DNA of 64,000 nt, taken from contig NC_083289.1 in NCBI RefSeq assembly GCF_963506605.1, forward strand, positions 53,320,001 through 53,384,000, read 5' to 3'. This DNA is from Zootoca vivipara (taxonomy: Eukaryota). Below the pieces are notes generated by a model. The model saw only the letters and a program-made list of their open reading frames with translations. It was not told the DNA's origin and ran no database searches. This document shows, piece by piece, positions 12,510 through 24,283 of the stretch (its first letter is position 1; the number at the start of each line of letters is the position of its first letter). The position numbers and the translations under genes were made by a program.

Positions 12510-13769
12510 CTGGAGAGTGAGATCACCACATTAAGCAGCAGGAAGACACCAGAGATAATGAGCATTTTTTTAAAAAGGCAACCAGACAAATAAGCTGTGC
12601 TGCAGGCATTTTGCAGGCAACACAGAAATACAAAACACAAAAGGAATGCTGGGGGGGGGGGGGAGAGAGAGAGAGAGAGAGAGGCACTGAGTACAGAGGC
12701 CGGCACCATTAAATAGATCGAAAACACTGATAAACACACCTGTCTTCCCCGGGTACCAGGATGACACTAGACTCAATGCCATAGGGGCCTCTCTAGGGGG
12801 ATAATTGCACAAAGAGGGTGCCACCACTGAGAAGGCTCAATCCTTGGTGATGACCCAATTTCCCTCCAAAGGCAGGGGCACCGGCAAGGACATCTGAAGA
12901 CAGAATCGGTTCACATGGCAGCCCTTTAGACGCTGGGCATCAGCCGCAATTGGAGAAAGCATGAAGGGCACTCAATCTGCGTTTCAGCTCCACCCGTGTA
13001 TTTCTCCACCCTCCCCTTGTGCCTTGGAAGGGTTTTGCCTGTACGGCAGGGACGGAGAACCTCCAGCCCACGAGGTGAATTTGGCCATCCAGGCCTCCCC
13101 ATTTGGCCCACCAGGCACTTTCCCCAAATCCACACCCAGGCCAACCTTTCTCGTGCACCCAGTTCCTGCAGAAAACATGGCTGAGCTCCCCACCAGCAGC
13201 AGCTGGTGCTGCTTAGTCCCTGCCTGCCTTGCCCCCATGGCAGGTCGGTGGGGGAAGAGAAAGCTCTGACCTGCTGGGCCAAAAAGGCTCCCCCCATCCC
13301 CATCTGTGGATTGGGGGGGGACCGGACCCTGCCACACACAGCCAGATCTTTGGGCCCCTCCTTTGCCACCTGTGGGCTCCTCGTGCAGAATCAAGTCCGC
13401 CCACCCAGAGGTTTGCATCGGTTTGGTGGGCTATGGAAAAGGGCTGCTTGCTGTTCCAGAGCAGGGGGCAGGCGGGTGGGGAGGCAGCCTTAATGAACAA
13501 ACCCACGTGGAAATGAGAGGCTGGTTTCCCAGCCAACGTGCTAACTTGAACCACAAGGCCTCCCCAGGTGGCTGCAGGAGAGACAATGGCAGGACTCGGC
13601 ACCGCAAGATGGTTTTTGTCATTTGTGAGAGGGCCCTGAGAGAGCCATACTGTGGGGTTTTCGGGGCTGCCGGCACTTAATGCTCCTGAACCTGGATGGC
13701 TGAGCTCAGCATGGTCCTGAAGAACTCGCCCACAAAAGCCTTGTGGGAATGGACAGAAGCAGTACAAGG

Positions 13770-13945
13770 GGAAGTGTGGTGCAGTGGTTAGAGGGCTGGG
13801 CCAGGACCTGAGCAGCTAGGGTTCAAATCTCCACTCATCCATGAAGCCAGGCTAGTCGCTCTCTCCTTCAAAGGGTTGTTGTGAGGAGGGGGAGGGGAGA
13901 ACCAGGCATGCCACCCTCAGCGCTTTGCAGGAAAAGGTAGGATCG
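13770..13945 (+). mobile_element. Old tRNA-derived CORE-type SINE (Squam3/MIR-like)
   Basis: gtgtggtgcagtggttaga box A, ggttcaaatc box B, agggttgttgtgagg core. Confidence 0.6.
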
Positions 13946-14109
13946 CAATGGAACATTTGCTGAGCTGGGCCAGGTGGGGGACTCTTATCAGTCAGCGCCA
14001 CTGAGCTGTGAGGGGCTTCAAAGCATAGGAACAGCTGCACGGCATCAAGAACAGCAGGCCCTCATCTGTCGCAACTTCTGAAAACATGATGCTTTCCCTC
14101 ATGAGGGAA

Positions 14110-14167
14110 GGAGGAGGAGGAGGAGGAGGAGGAGGAGGAGGAGGAGGAGGAGGAGGAGGAGGAGGAG
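14110..14167. repeat. (GGA)n microsatellite
   Basis: Direct reading. Confidence 0.95.
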
Positions 14168-15870
14168 AACTCCACACATAGGGTTGCAGGGCAGATGAAA
14201 TTGCTTTGGGAATCCCATGTTTGATCTGTGTCTGGAAGGGGGTAACTTGGATTTTTCCACTGCAAGCACCCCAAAACACATTGGATCAGCCCCATAGACT
14301 GTGTGTGTGCACTTTTATGAAACTGAACATGATTCTGTTCTGAGATTTTTACAGAAGCACAAGACGTCTTCTTCTTCTTCTTTCCTCTCTGTCTCATTCC
14401 CCCGCTCTGCTCCCAGCCCATCCCCCTAAACATGCTGGATATCTAATATGGTTTCCACAGCTACGGTGCAAAGCAGAATGCCAGCTAAGCGTTCCTTTAA
14501 AAATGCATTTTGATCCACTCACTTTCGGAGGAAGGGAGAAGGAGCCCTCACACATCATTCTCCCTAATCTTCCAATTTTCTCTAAAGGCGGAGGGGAGCT
14601 ATTTGCATTCAAAGTTCCTTGAAAAAATGCAAAGCTGCCTCCTCCTTTTTAATAAAGTGCAGCTGTTCCAAGCAGGAGCTCATCCATCAGCAGACAGTGC
14701 CGCCTAGTGGTTGGAAGCAGCGCCCGCCAGGGGCCTTTGCACAGGAGCAGCAGCAAGTCTGCCCCAGCCATCAAGGTGCTCAGTCTCTAAAGAGGAGACC
14801 TGGTGTCAACAGCTGCTGAGCCAAGGGACATGGCAGCCAGCCCTCCTTAGCATTGCTAAGCGCTTTGGGAAACTGTAGCTGGTTGATGCGAAGCAGGAAG
14901 AGGCCTGGCTTCCACCTCCTGGTAATCCATGGGGATTATGCAAAACGCAGCTCAGAGCAAGCCAAGGATACTGGGAGATTATTGCAAATCTCACAGCATT
15001 TGGAAGGGAGACAAGAGCATTTATTGGGCCAGCTAGTCACTTAAAACACTGTGAGATCTCAAGGTACGTATGTATTTGCCCTGCAAAGGAAAAGTCACCT
15101 GGTCCAAGAACAAAGGAGGCTGGAGCGACAGAATCACACACGCAGTCAGCCTTGCTCTGTGAAAAGTGAAGCTACTGGCAAGATTTGTGTTGCTTCAAGT
15201 CCTGTATCTCTGCTCTCCTTGCACAAGAATAAGGCAAGGCTTTCTGGCACTGCCAAACACCCTGCAAAGGGAAGGCAGTCGAAACACAGGGAAAGAAATC
15301 TCTATGGAGCCCACTCAGCTCAGTATGGGGGGTGGGACTGCGCTGCTGCTTATGCAAACCTGTCTTTAGAAGGCAAGCTGCTAAACAGATAAGGGAGTGA
15401 GGTATAATCCAGTCCCAGAACTCAGGGCTCCCATGGGCACTGCAACCCTAACCCCACTCACCAGGCAGGAAACCCCACTGAACTCAACAGGGTTCACTTC
15501 TGAGCAGACATGGGCAGGATTAGGCTGAAGTGAGTTAACACAAAAGGAATATTCCACCAAGCTAGTAGGAGTTCCTCTAAGAGTCCTCTAAATTATGTTG
15601 GGGGCCTTTGCAAGTGGTGACTGCAGCGGGTGCCATCCCATAATGGTCGGCTTTTGCTTAGCCACTGGCAATCCCCACCCCAAACACACCTTGTTGCTGC
15701 CACCACCTTTCACCCAAACTGGCTCATAAAGGGCAAAGCAGGCAGCCCTCTGGGGAGGCTCTCCCCACCTGCCATTCTGCTCTGGAGGTCAGCTTTGATA
15801 ATATTTCAGTAATTTTGGGTGAGCTGCTTGCTTTATTAGTAGCCGGCCTCCTCATTATTTTAAAGGTACA

Positions 15871-16561
15871 GGAGGAATTAAAGAACATTTTAATGAGGGT
15901 GAAAGAGGAGAGCGCAAAATATGGTCTGAAGCTCAACATCAAAAAAACTAAGATCATGGCCACTGGTCCCATCACCTCCTGGCAATTAGAAGGGGAAGAA
16001 ATGGAGGCAGTTGAGAGATTTTACTTTATTGGGCTCCATGATCACTGCAGATGGTGACAGCAGTCACGAAATCAAAAGGTGCCTGCTTCGCAGACACATC
16101 ACCTTGCCGACAAAGGTCCGTATAGTTAAAGCTATGGTTTTCCCAGTAGTGATGTATGGAAGTGAGAGCTGGACCATAAAGAAGGCTGATCGCCAAAGAA
16201 TGGATGCTTTTGAATTATGGTGCTGGAGGAGACTCTTGAGAGTCCCATGGACTGCAAGAAGATCAAACCTATCCATTCTGAAGGAAATCAGCCCTGAGTG
16301 CTCACTGGAAGGACAGATCCTGAAGCTGAGGCTCCAAGACTTTGGCCACCTCATGAGAAGAGAAGACTCCTTGGAAAAGACCCTGATGTTGGGAAAGATT
16401 GAGGGCACTAGGAGAAGGGGACGACAGAGGACGAGATGGTTGGACAGTGTTCTCGAAGCTACCGACATGAGTCTGACCAAACTGCGGGAGGCAGTGCAAG
16501 ACAGGAGTCGACCATGGGGTTGAGAAGAGGCGGACACAACTAAACGACTAAACAACAACAA
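15871..16561 (+). mobile_element. Bov-B (RTE) LINE, 5'-truncated, with frameshift and internal deletions
   Basis: ELKNILMRVKEESAKYGLKLNIKKTKIMATGP...ESWTIKKADRQRMDAFELWCWRRLL; (caa)n tail. Confidence 0.95.
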
Positions 16562-16607
16562 ATTTTTCATTGCATTTCTGTGTTCTATTGTAAGCTGCCT
16601 TTAAAAG

Positions 16608-17004
16608 TGTCAGAGGACCTTCCTACAGGGAACCTCCCCCCATCCTTTTGACCAGCTCCTCGCCCAGTGAGAGCAGCAGCAGTGGGTCAGGAGGGGGAAT
16701 GAGGAAGGTAGCGGTATGGAGGCGGCAAGGCTCAGTGATGTTGGACCACCCTGACCAAGAGGAGGAGGGGAACAGGCAGCCCCTTCCGGCACCCGAATTA
16801 AGGCGCGCCACTAAACATAAGGTCGGGAGGAGGTGTTTCGGGGTGCCCAAACTCTTATGCTGGTCACGCAACAGGAAACGTCCACTCGCGGATACTGCAA
16901 GTGACTAGGAGGTCATGTTTTCTGCTATCTCTGCACTGTAAATACTATGCACAATAAAACCTTTAAAGACCAGCAGGGAGAGTAGCCGCAACAACACCAT
17001 TACA
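16608..17004 (+). mobile_element. Solo LTR (397 bp)
   Basis: TG...CA termini, 5-bp TSD aaaag, aataaa near the 3' end. Confidence 0.8.
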
Positions 17005-17115
17005 AAAAGGTTTACTGCGAAAGGCAGCAGATAAATATTTGAAAAAACTGCATTTGAGTTTCGCACCTGGGGCACCCAGGAGATCTCTTTGACATCTCCC
17101 TAGGTTGGCAATTCT

Positions 17116-17265
17116 TAGAATCATAGAATTGAAGAATTGGGAGAGACCCTGGGGATCCTCTAGTCCAATCCTCTGCATGGCAGGAATATGCAGCTGCCCC
17201 ATACGGGGATTGAACCTGCAACCTTGGCGTTATCAACACCAGGCTCTCATCAGCTGAGCTATCCA
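17116..17265 (-). mobile_element. tRNA-head / CR1-tail SINE (POM/Squam2-like)
   Basis: Minus strand ggatagctcag...ggttcaatcccc head, attctatgattcta tail; second copy at 34548-34695. Confidence 0.75.
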
Positions 17266-18558
17266 GGCTGACCATTGTTCCTGCCACCAGCCCTACGCAG
17301 GCACAAGCCCCTGTTAGAATGGTGCCCTCCCTAACACTGGTGAGCACACCAAACACCAGTGATCTTCAAGCAGTTTATGCCAGTGACATGCAACACAACA
17401 GGCGTGTTTCGGTTATCATCTCTTGGCTCAGCGGAGATACAGATGGGCCTTTTGGCTGCACAAACACAGGCCCATTTTGCAAGGTTTTTGCATAAACTAC
17501 GGTTCCCTGCTTTATCCAAACCAGGAAACCATGGTTAACAGCTTTGGAAGAAAGCCAGGGTGCCAATTCAACTGGTGTGATAGGATCACAATTGCGGGGA
17601 CCTATCCTGGACAAGTTACAAGTTTCCAAGCAGGCTCGGAGAGCAGCATATAATGCAGTAACCTAACCTGGATGTCATCCAGACACAGAGAACTATGACA
17701 ATATTATTTTAGTCAACAAGCCACAAAAGGTCGCAGCCTGCTTGGTTTCGCTCGGTATATACCCGGGGCTTGGTTTGTGACTCTTCAGGCAGTTCAGGTT
17801 ATTTGGTTAGACTTATATAGCCGAGATAAATATAGCTGTGACCTCACACTGCTAAATTAGCATACACGGGGCCTGCGCAGGGGGCAGGAAGCCAGAGTTG
17901 CGATTCTAGTCACTTGATACTGGGAGCACACGGATGCCACGACTATCGCCCGAGGACATCTCAAGCTTGCAGCAGCTCAGAGCCTCCCTGAGCCAAAGTA
18001 AATACCGCTAATCAGACACAAGTGGGCTCATGCAAAGTCTCCAAAGTCTAGACCTCCTGCAGCTACACCAACGGTGCAAGCTTAAGAGCCACAGGAGAGA
18101 ATTCTGGGAAACTGGTATCTCAGGGAAGGAAGCATTGTCCCACTTGCAGAAACTCCCAAATAAGTTTCAGGAAACCCAACAGGGTCTGATGGAAGGTGTG
18201 CTCCAAAACATCCAGAGAAAACCAAGTTGGGGACGGCTGATCTACTCCATGTAGATGGTCTCCTCTCTATCTGCCCCCACTGTGTTTCATACTGCAGAAA
18301 ACACGACAAGGTGCCATCTTCTGAGAACTGAACCAGCAGAGCTAAAGTGGTCTCTTCCACTGACCAGAAGGCCAAGGGGCCACGGCACACACACACAACC
18401 ATCACAGCACTGGAGTCCACATCCTGACCCCATCCATCAACCAGTGCAAGAACAGCTGCTCCAATGCTTGCCTTCCTCTTCCCTCCCCATTCCTTTTTCC
18501 TTCTCTGCTGTGCCTATTTAACTGTGAGCCAGCAGCCATGAGCTGCCTTCTTTTAATA

Positions 18559-18779
18559 AAGTCACACCTTGGAAGTCGAACGGAATCCGATCCGGAAGTT
18601 TGTTCGACTTCCAAAATGTTCAGAAACAAAAGTGCAGCTTCTGATTGGCTGCAGGAAGCCCCGTCGGACGTTCGGGCTCCAAAGATTGTTTGCAAATTGG
18701 AACACTCACTTCCAGGTTTGTGGCGTTCGGGAGCCAAAACGTCCGCGTAGCAAGGCATTCGTGATCCAAGGTACGACTG
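18559..18779. mobile_element. Tc1/mariner-pogo type MITE
   Basis: aagtcacaccttgg...ccaaggtacgactg|ta termini. Confidence 0.7.
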
Positions 18780-21700
18780 TATACGTAAAGTGCCTGGAAA
18801 ACGTTGTGTGCATTTTAAGTGTTTAAGCCTCAGGAGAGGCTGGCAAGGATACAGTGGTTAACAACCCATTTTTAATTTTGAGATGGGCAGGAGGATTCAC
18901 AAAGTCACAAGCTCATGCAGTGTTTGACATTCCCATTGTTCTAGGCGCATTATGGCGACAGGTACTTTCATTAGCACAAGCAGTTTCTGAGCTCTGGGCA
19001 CAGTACTGCACCTAAGATTTCATGTCAAAACTTCAGAGTGGAAGGAAAGGAGGACCTTTTTCTGCCTCTCCACTTCCAGCTACTCTCTGAAGACTCTCTT
19101 CAGAATATTAGGGGGGCAGGCAGGGGGAGGACTAGACCATGTGACAAATGAACATAATATTTTAGCTGCAGTTCATTCATTTTCAGCTTTGTATTCTTGT
19201 CATTCTGTTGCTGCTCCCATAACCCACGTTTAAGGTGCCATTTAGTTGCTAGCTTTCCTATCAGTTTCTAACACTGAGCTCATGGCTGGGACGCGAGGCG
19301 ACAGTGAGCATCATCTCACCCAGCTTTCAAGGGCCTTCTGTGGAGAAAGAGCACAGCAAGGCTCCAGGGCTGGGTTGCAAAACAGGAAGCTTCCCACTGC
19401 AAACGTCACTTTCACCACAAACTCACCAGATGACCAGCTATGAACTCTTCAGCCCCCTCCACCTCCGATAGGAAACATGCAGGTGGGGGAAGCAAGACAG
19501 CCTCAACCTTTCCAGCATGCTCTGCGAAAACTACCACCTAGAACTGCAGAGTTGGAAGTTTTCCCCTGGGGTCATCTAGTCCCACCCCCCTGCAATGCAG
19601 GAATCTCAACTGAGGCACCCATGACAGGTGGCCATTCATCCTCTGCTTCAAAACCTCCAAGGAAGGAGGTTTTGGTTCTTCTAGGGTGCATGCCCTGTCT
19701 CTCTCTAAGCCCTCACCCCGCCACCCTTCATTTCCCCAGCTTTGTTGCCACCCCAGAATCCCACTTCCACATTTCGCCATATAAGGGGATATTTCCAGGG
19801 ACCAGAAAGCTGGTGTTACTGGCAGACAAAGACCTATGAACCCATATTTGCTTTTGCTCCCCACCCCCCACCCCCCACCCCCCTTCATGGGATGGAGGGA
19901 AAGATCGCACATACACGCCATTGTTCAAACGCTGCAATAAAAGTTCCATGTTTATCCGCAACTCACTTTTATGGCCCTGTTGCGGGAAAGCAGGTTGGGC
20001 AAGGAGGCCTCTCTCTGCCTCCTGTCCCACACATGGCTTGAATGTTCGGTTTCCACAGCTGACTGGTGCAACAGAAGAAGTTATCTCCTCTGTGTACATT
20101 GCTCACAAGTGACCTGGGCTGAAGGCAGCAGAAGGAACCTGCCCTCAGAGTCAGATTTAAAGGCAGGGGGCTCGGTGGGTCCCCTTAACTATCCACTCAA
20201 CCGCCGAGAGAACAACAGAAGAGTTGGTCTTGCTTTGTGCACCTGGCAGGGCTGCAATAAACTGCTTTCATCCACAAAAGAAATGACAACACCAGAGCTT
20301 AGTCAGCAAATTGTGTGTGCAGCAAGATTGAATCCATGCCTGCAAACGTGCTGTCTGATATGAGAGAGGGAAGTCGGGCATGGAAATCATACATCAGCAT
20401 TGTGAAATGGGCTACAGAGGCAATGAAATAGGAAGCCCTCCAAAGATGAACCATTAGAACGTGGCTGCTCCAAAGATGTCACCTAGTCTGATGGGTGGGG
20501 TGCAAACAATAAAATGATTATTATTATTATGCCTCTCACTTGGGATCCCATTTGGTTTTGTCCAACCCTGGCCTCCTGTCTTTGCTACGGGAAGCCTACC
20601 TGTGTGGACTGAAAGGGGAAAGAAAGGCCGGTTCAGACTCCCCAGCATAAAGCCAGGCTTGCTTCACTAGGATGTGGGGTTTTCAGGGAAATCAAGACCA
20701 CCATTTCTACCACTGCTGTGCCCCCAAAGGGAAGTTGATGGTCTGGCAAAGACTTGCTGAAGTCTAAGCTGAAGGAACTTTTCAGCGGAGCTGCCAAATC
20801 TTATCTTTCCACAATTGTCCTTGGTTTGGCTCAAGGCTAAGACAGGAAGAGTGGGGAAATTTCATGGAACTAGACGAAATCTTATTCTTTTGTTTGCTTC
20901 CGCAACTGACCCTGAGCCTTGGAGATGGTGCAGATCAAGTCTAAACAAATCTACTATCAGCTATACTGTTTCGTGAAGCATGCTGTCTGCCACGATGATG
21001 GGGACTGAGTACCTTGTTTATGTGCTTAGATTTATAATTGCCTCTCTTCCATTGCAAGGGGTTGCATAAGTTGACCCTCAAGGTCCCTTCCAACTCTACA
21101 ATTCCGTGAATCTTGAGCGATGTTTGAAAAGTTGGCACGGTGTATAACTGCTTTTAAATAAATGAAAACACAGAGAGAGCAAATGCAAAATGCTGCCTCT
21201 TGTTTCCATTCTTTCAACCATGCTGAAGAGACCAGGAGGCAACAGAATGTGAGAAACAAGTCTCAGCTTTGGAGCCAGAGAGCGCTTGATCCTGGCCTCT
21301 CCATTGACCCTCCACCCTTTGCTCTACCTTCCCTGAGGATGTGGTTGTGGTTGCTGTGCTGTGCTGGGACAGAGGGGAAGGAGAAGACGGAGGAGGTGGC
21401 CAGAAAGCACCAAATCAGGCTGTGCTTCAAGCCCCATTAATCTGCTGACAGAGAACAGAAGATGCGAATCGAATCATTTAGGGATGGCTCTGAAGCTGCC
21501 TCCACAGGCCTTTCTGGCAGACTCATGAGCTGGGTGCAGCCTGTTGGATGCCAGGCGTCAGGTTGGCCAGGGCACCACGGCATGAAGGTGAACCAAGGGC
21601 GGTTCAGTTGCCCACACAGAGCCAATTAATAAAGAGGAGGGCAGTGAAAGCAAAAACCTGAAGGGCTCCAGGGCTAAAAATCGATGTTCACTTTCTGAGA

Positions 21701-22212
21701 ATGAGAACAACCAAGCAGCTTCCGGCATAAAATGAGTTAGTCTTCAAGGTGGCACAAGACTACTTTTTACCTAGCCCAGGGCCGAAGACTAATCGATAGC
21801 TTTCCTAATATACGAATCTCCCAGTTGTCTCCGTGCTCCTGATTCTGTGTGATTCACCTAAGAAAGGAGACATATCTGGCTAACAGCTGGATTCAGCCGT
21901 GGTGAGTTTATTCATCCCAGCAGGCCTGGTGCCACCTGAAACCCACCCAGCACCACCCAGGAAAGCCTCATCTGCTCCCACCCACATTCCTTCCTGAGAC
22001 TCAGACCAGATCCAGACCCCAAGGCTTCACCTGACCAACTCCCCTTGAACACAGACTTATTTGCAAGATCAATCAATATGAAGTGAGAGATTGAGAACAG
22101 TATGCAGTTAATATCAGTAAATATATAACCAGCATCTATAATCGGTATACACACACACCCCTAAAATCAATCCTTCAGTTTTCAATCTGTACATGCAGCT
22201 TTTCCCAAGCTT

Positions 22213-22325
22213 GGTAAAGGACCCCTGGATGGTTAAGTCTGGTCAAAGGCGACTATGGGGTATGGCGCTCATCTCGTTTTTCAGGCCAAGGGAGCCGGCG
22301 TTTGTCCACAGAAAGTTTTCTGGGT
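22213..22325 (-). mobile_element. Sauria SINE 3' fragment
   Basis: ggtaaaggacccctgg...gcgctcatctcg...gggagccggcgtttg; similar to the 43594 copy. Confidence 0.75.
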
Positions 22326-23174
22326 TAAGTTTGATATACAAGCCACCGTAGTAAGATAAAATGATCATCTCAAGGGTCCTCTAGGGCGACACCTCTTTGA
22401 CATAACCAAACAATATTAAAAATGTCTCCTAATTCATAATCAACAATTTCTGCTATTTCTGACAATATTTGATCTCTGTATATTCTGATTTTGAGGACAC
22501 CACCACAAAATGTGAAAAGTGTATTTGAAACTTGCCCACCCACCCCCACCCCAAGCTTACAGTCTTGTTCCAGGCTCCTGGTGGTCAGAGATTCTTGGTC
22601 AGAAAACAGGCCTCGGGGGATTTTAGCAGGCAGCCTGAACCAATAGCCAAAGACAGTGTCTCACTTTAACACCACTGCTTTTTTCCCCCAGTATTGATTT
22701 TATTCTGCTTCCGTTTGTGGTTTTCCTGTTGTTTCAAGTCAGCTGATTTTAATGATTTCATCTACGTTCCCAATGCTTTCTTATATCCTTGCTCCAAATT
22801 GGAACGTGACCTGCTTTGGCAGCTTGTCTCGTTGCTGAAAAGCAGGCCCTGCATTTGCTCAATAAGTAGACAGCAGCTGGTCGCATCCAAGCGGATGGAG
22901 AGGCCTCGCTGCCTTGCCTCTGCTTCCAGCCCAACCGCACTGGCTGCCCATGGCAAGGGTCTTTGCATTCATCTACAAGGCCCTGAAAAACTTGGGTCTA
23001 GGGTACCTTAGGCACCAACTAGACCCTTATGACCCCCCCCCAGTTCTGTCGCTGTAGGAGCATCCCTGGTTTTGACTCCTGAAGTGGTGAGACTCATTCA
23101 ACACAGCTGAGTGTCTCTGGCCCACTCCCGGTGCAATGCTCTTCCAGCAGAGACCCAGCAGGAGTCCTCTATAG

Positions 23175-23665
23175 CAGGGGTGGCTAACTTCTAGGAGACT
23201 GCGATCTACTCCCAGAGTTAAAAACTAGAAGTGATCTACCCCCATTTCCTTTGGGGTTCAGGTCACAGTTGTTGAGCTTTTTTTAGAGGGGGGAAATGCT
23301 CCGTTTTATTTGGGTTCAGGAAAAAGAGGCTTTTTGGGAGGGGGGTTACCCACTCACCAAAATATTGCTGTGGAAGCAGTCTGCCTCACAGACAGTTCAA
23401 GAGAAAAGGAGAAAATGCAGCGAGGGCAGGGGGAGGGGCCAGGTGTTCTTAGGCAACATTTATCAGGCAGGGTGGGGAGAAGCCGGGAGGGAGGGAGGGA
23501 GGGAGGGAAGAGGCGCCACCACGGTGTGTATGAGGGAATGGCGCAGGAAAAAATGGCACAGCCCGAACAAACAGAATCCCCACGCCGATCCACAGACACT
23601 CCATGGACCGGATCCTGAAGGCAACTGGGCCTGATCCGACCCGCAGGCCTTAAGTTTGCTAACCC
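23175..23665. mobile_element. hAT-type non-autonomous element (caggggtggc TIR); related copy starts at 63904
   Basis: Shared 5' sequence caggggtggc.aact..gagactg.gatctactc with 63904-64000. Confidence 0.65.
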
Positions 23666-24199
23666 GTTTTAAATGTTTGCTGAAAACTCTTCTGCGCTGC
23701 CAGGCTTATGCAGACAATTAAGGAATGTAATAGTTAAAACTGCACGGATTTATTAAAATAATGAAATTGTGGTATGCAAGTATTTTATAGCTAAAAACAC
23801 CCATGCTCCTTGAAGCAGCCAGATTCAGATGGCCAATGACACTCCCTCCCTCCTTAGTGTCTGGGCCTTCTCGGTGGTGGCGCCTGGTTTGTGGAATGCC
23901 CCTTTCTTTGAGGGGTGGGTGGCAAAAACTCTGATTGGCTTTTGGTGCCAACTGAAAACACATCCCTGCACCCAGGCTTTTGCGGGAGTTAAATAGAATA
24001 AGCGTATTAACACAGCTTTTAATTTCTTGAATGGTATGGTTGCCTTAATTACGTTACTGTCTGTTCCCATTCCTTTCATGAATATGCTTTAAGTGTTTTC
24101 TGTTTTTAGTTACAGGTAGGTAGCCGTGTTGGTCTGGATCGAAGTAAAATAAAAAAATTCCTTCAGTAGCACCTTAAAGACCAACTAAGTTTTTATTTT

Positions 24200-24239
24200 G
24201 GTATGAGCTTTCGTGTGCATGCACACTTCTTCAGATACC
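24200..24239 (-). ncRNA. Minimal type I hammerhead ribozyme motif, sense to RNF216 pre-mRNA
   Basis: Exact mirror of 24244-24283. Confidence 0.75.
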
Positions 24240-24243
24240 TTCA

Positions 24244-24283
24244 GGTATCTGAAGAAGTGTGCATGCACACGAAAGCTCATACC
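24244..24283 (+). ncRNA. Minimal type I hammerhead ribozyme motif
   Basis: GGUAU-CUGAAGA-A-GUGUGC-AU-GCACAC-GAAA-GC-UC-AUACC: helix I, core box, helix II, GAAA, palindromic AGCU, CUC triplet. Confidence 0.75.

Noticed and set aside
17200-17265. tRNA-like sequence (also at 34630-34695 and 53870-53945)
   Set aside because: Degenerate SINE heads joined to LINE-derived tails, not tRNA genes.
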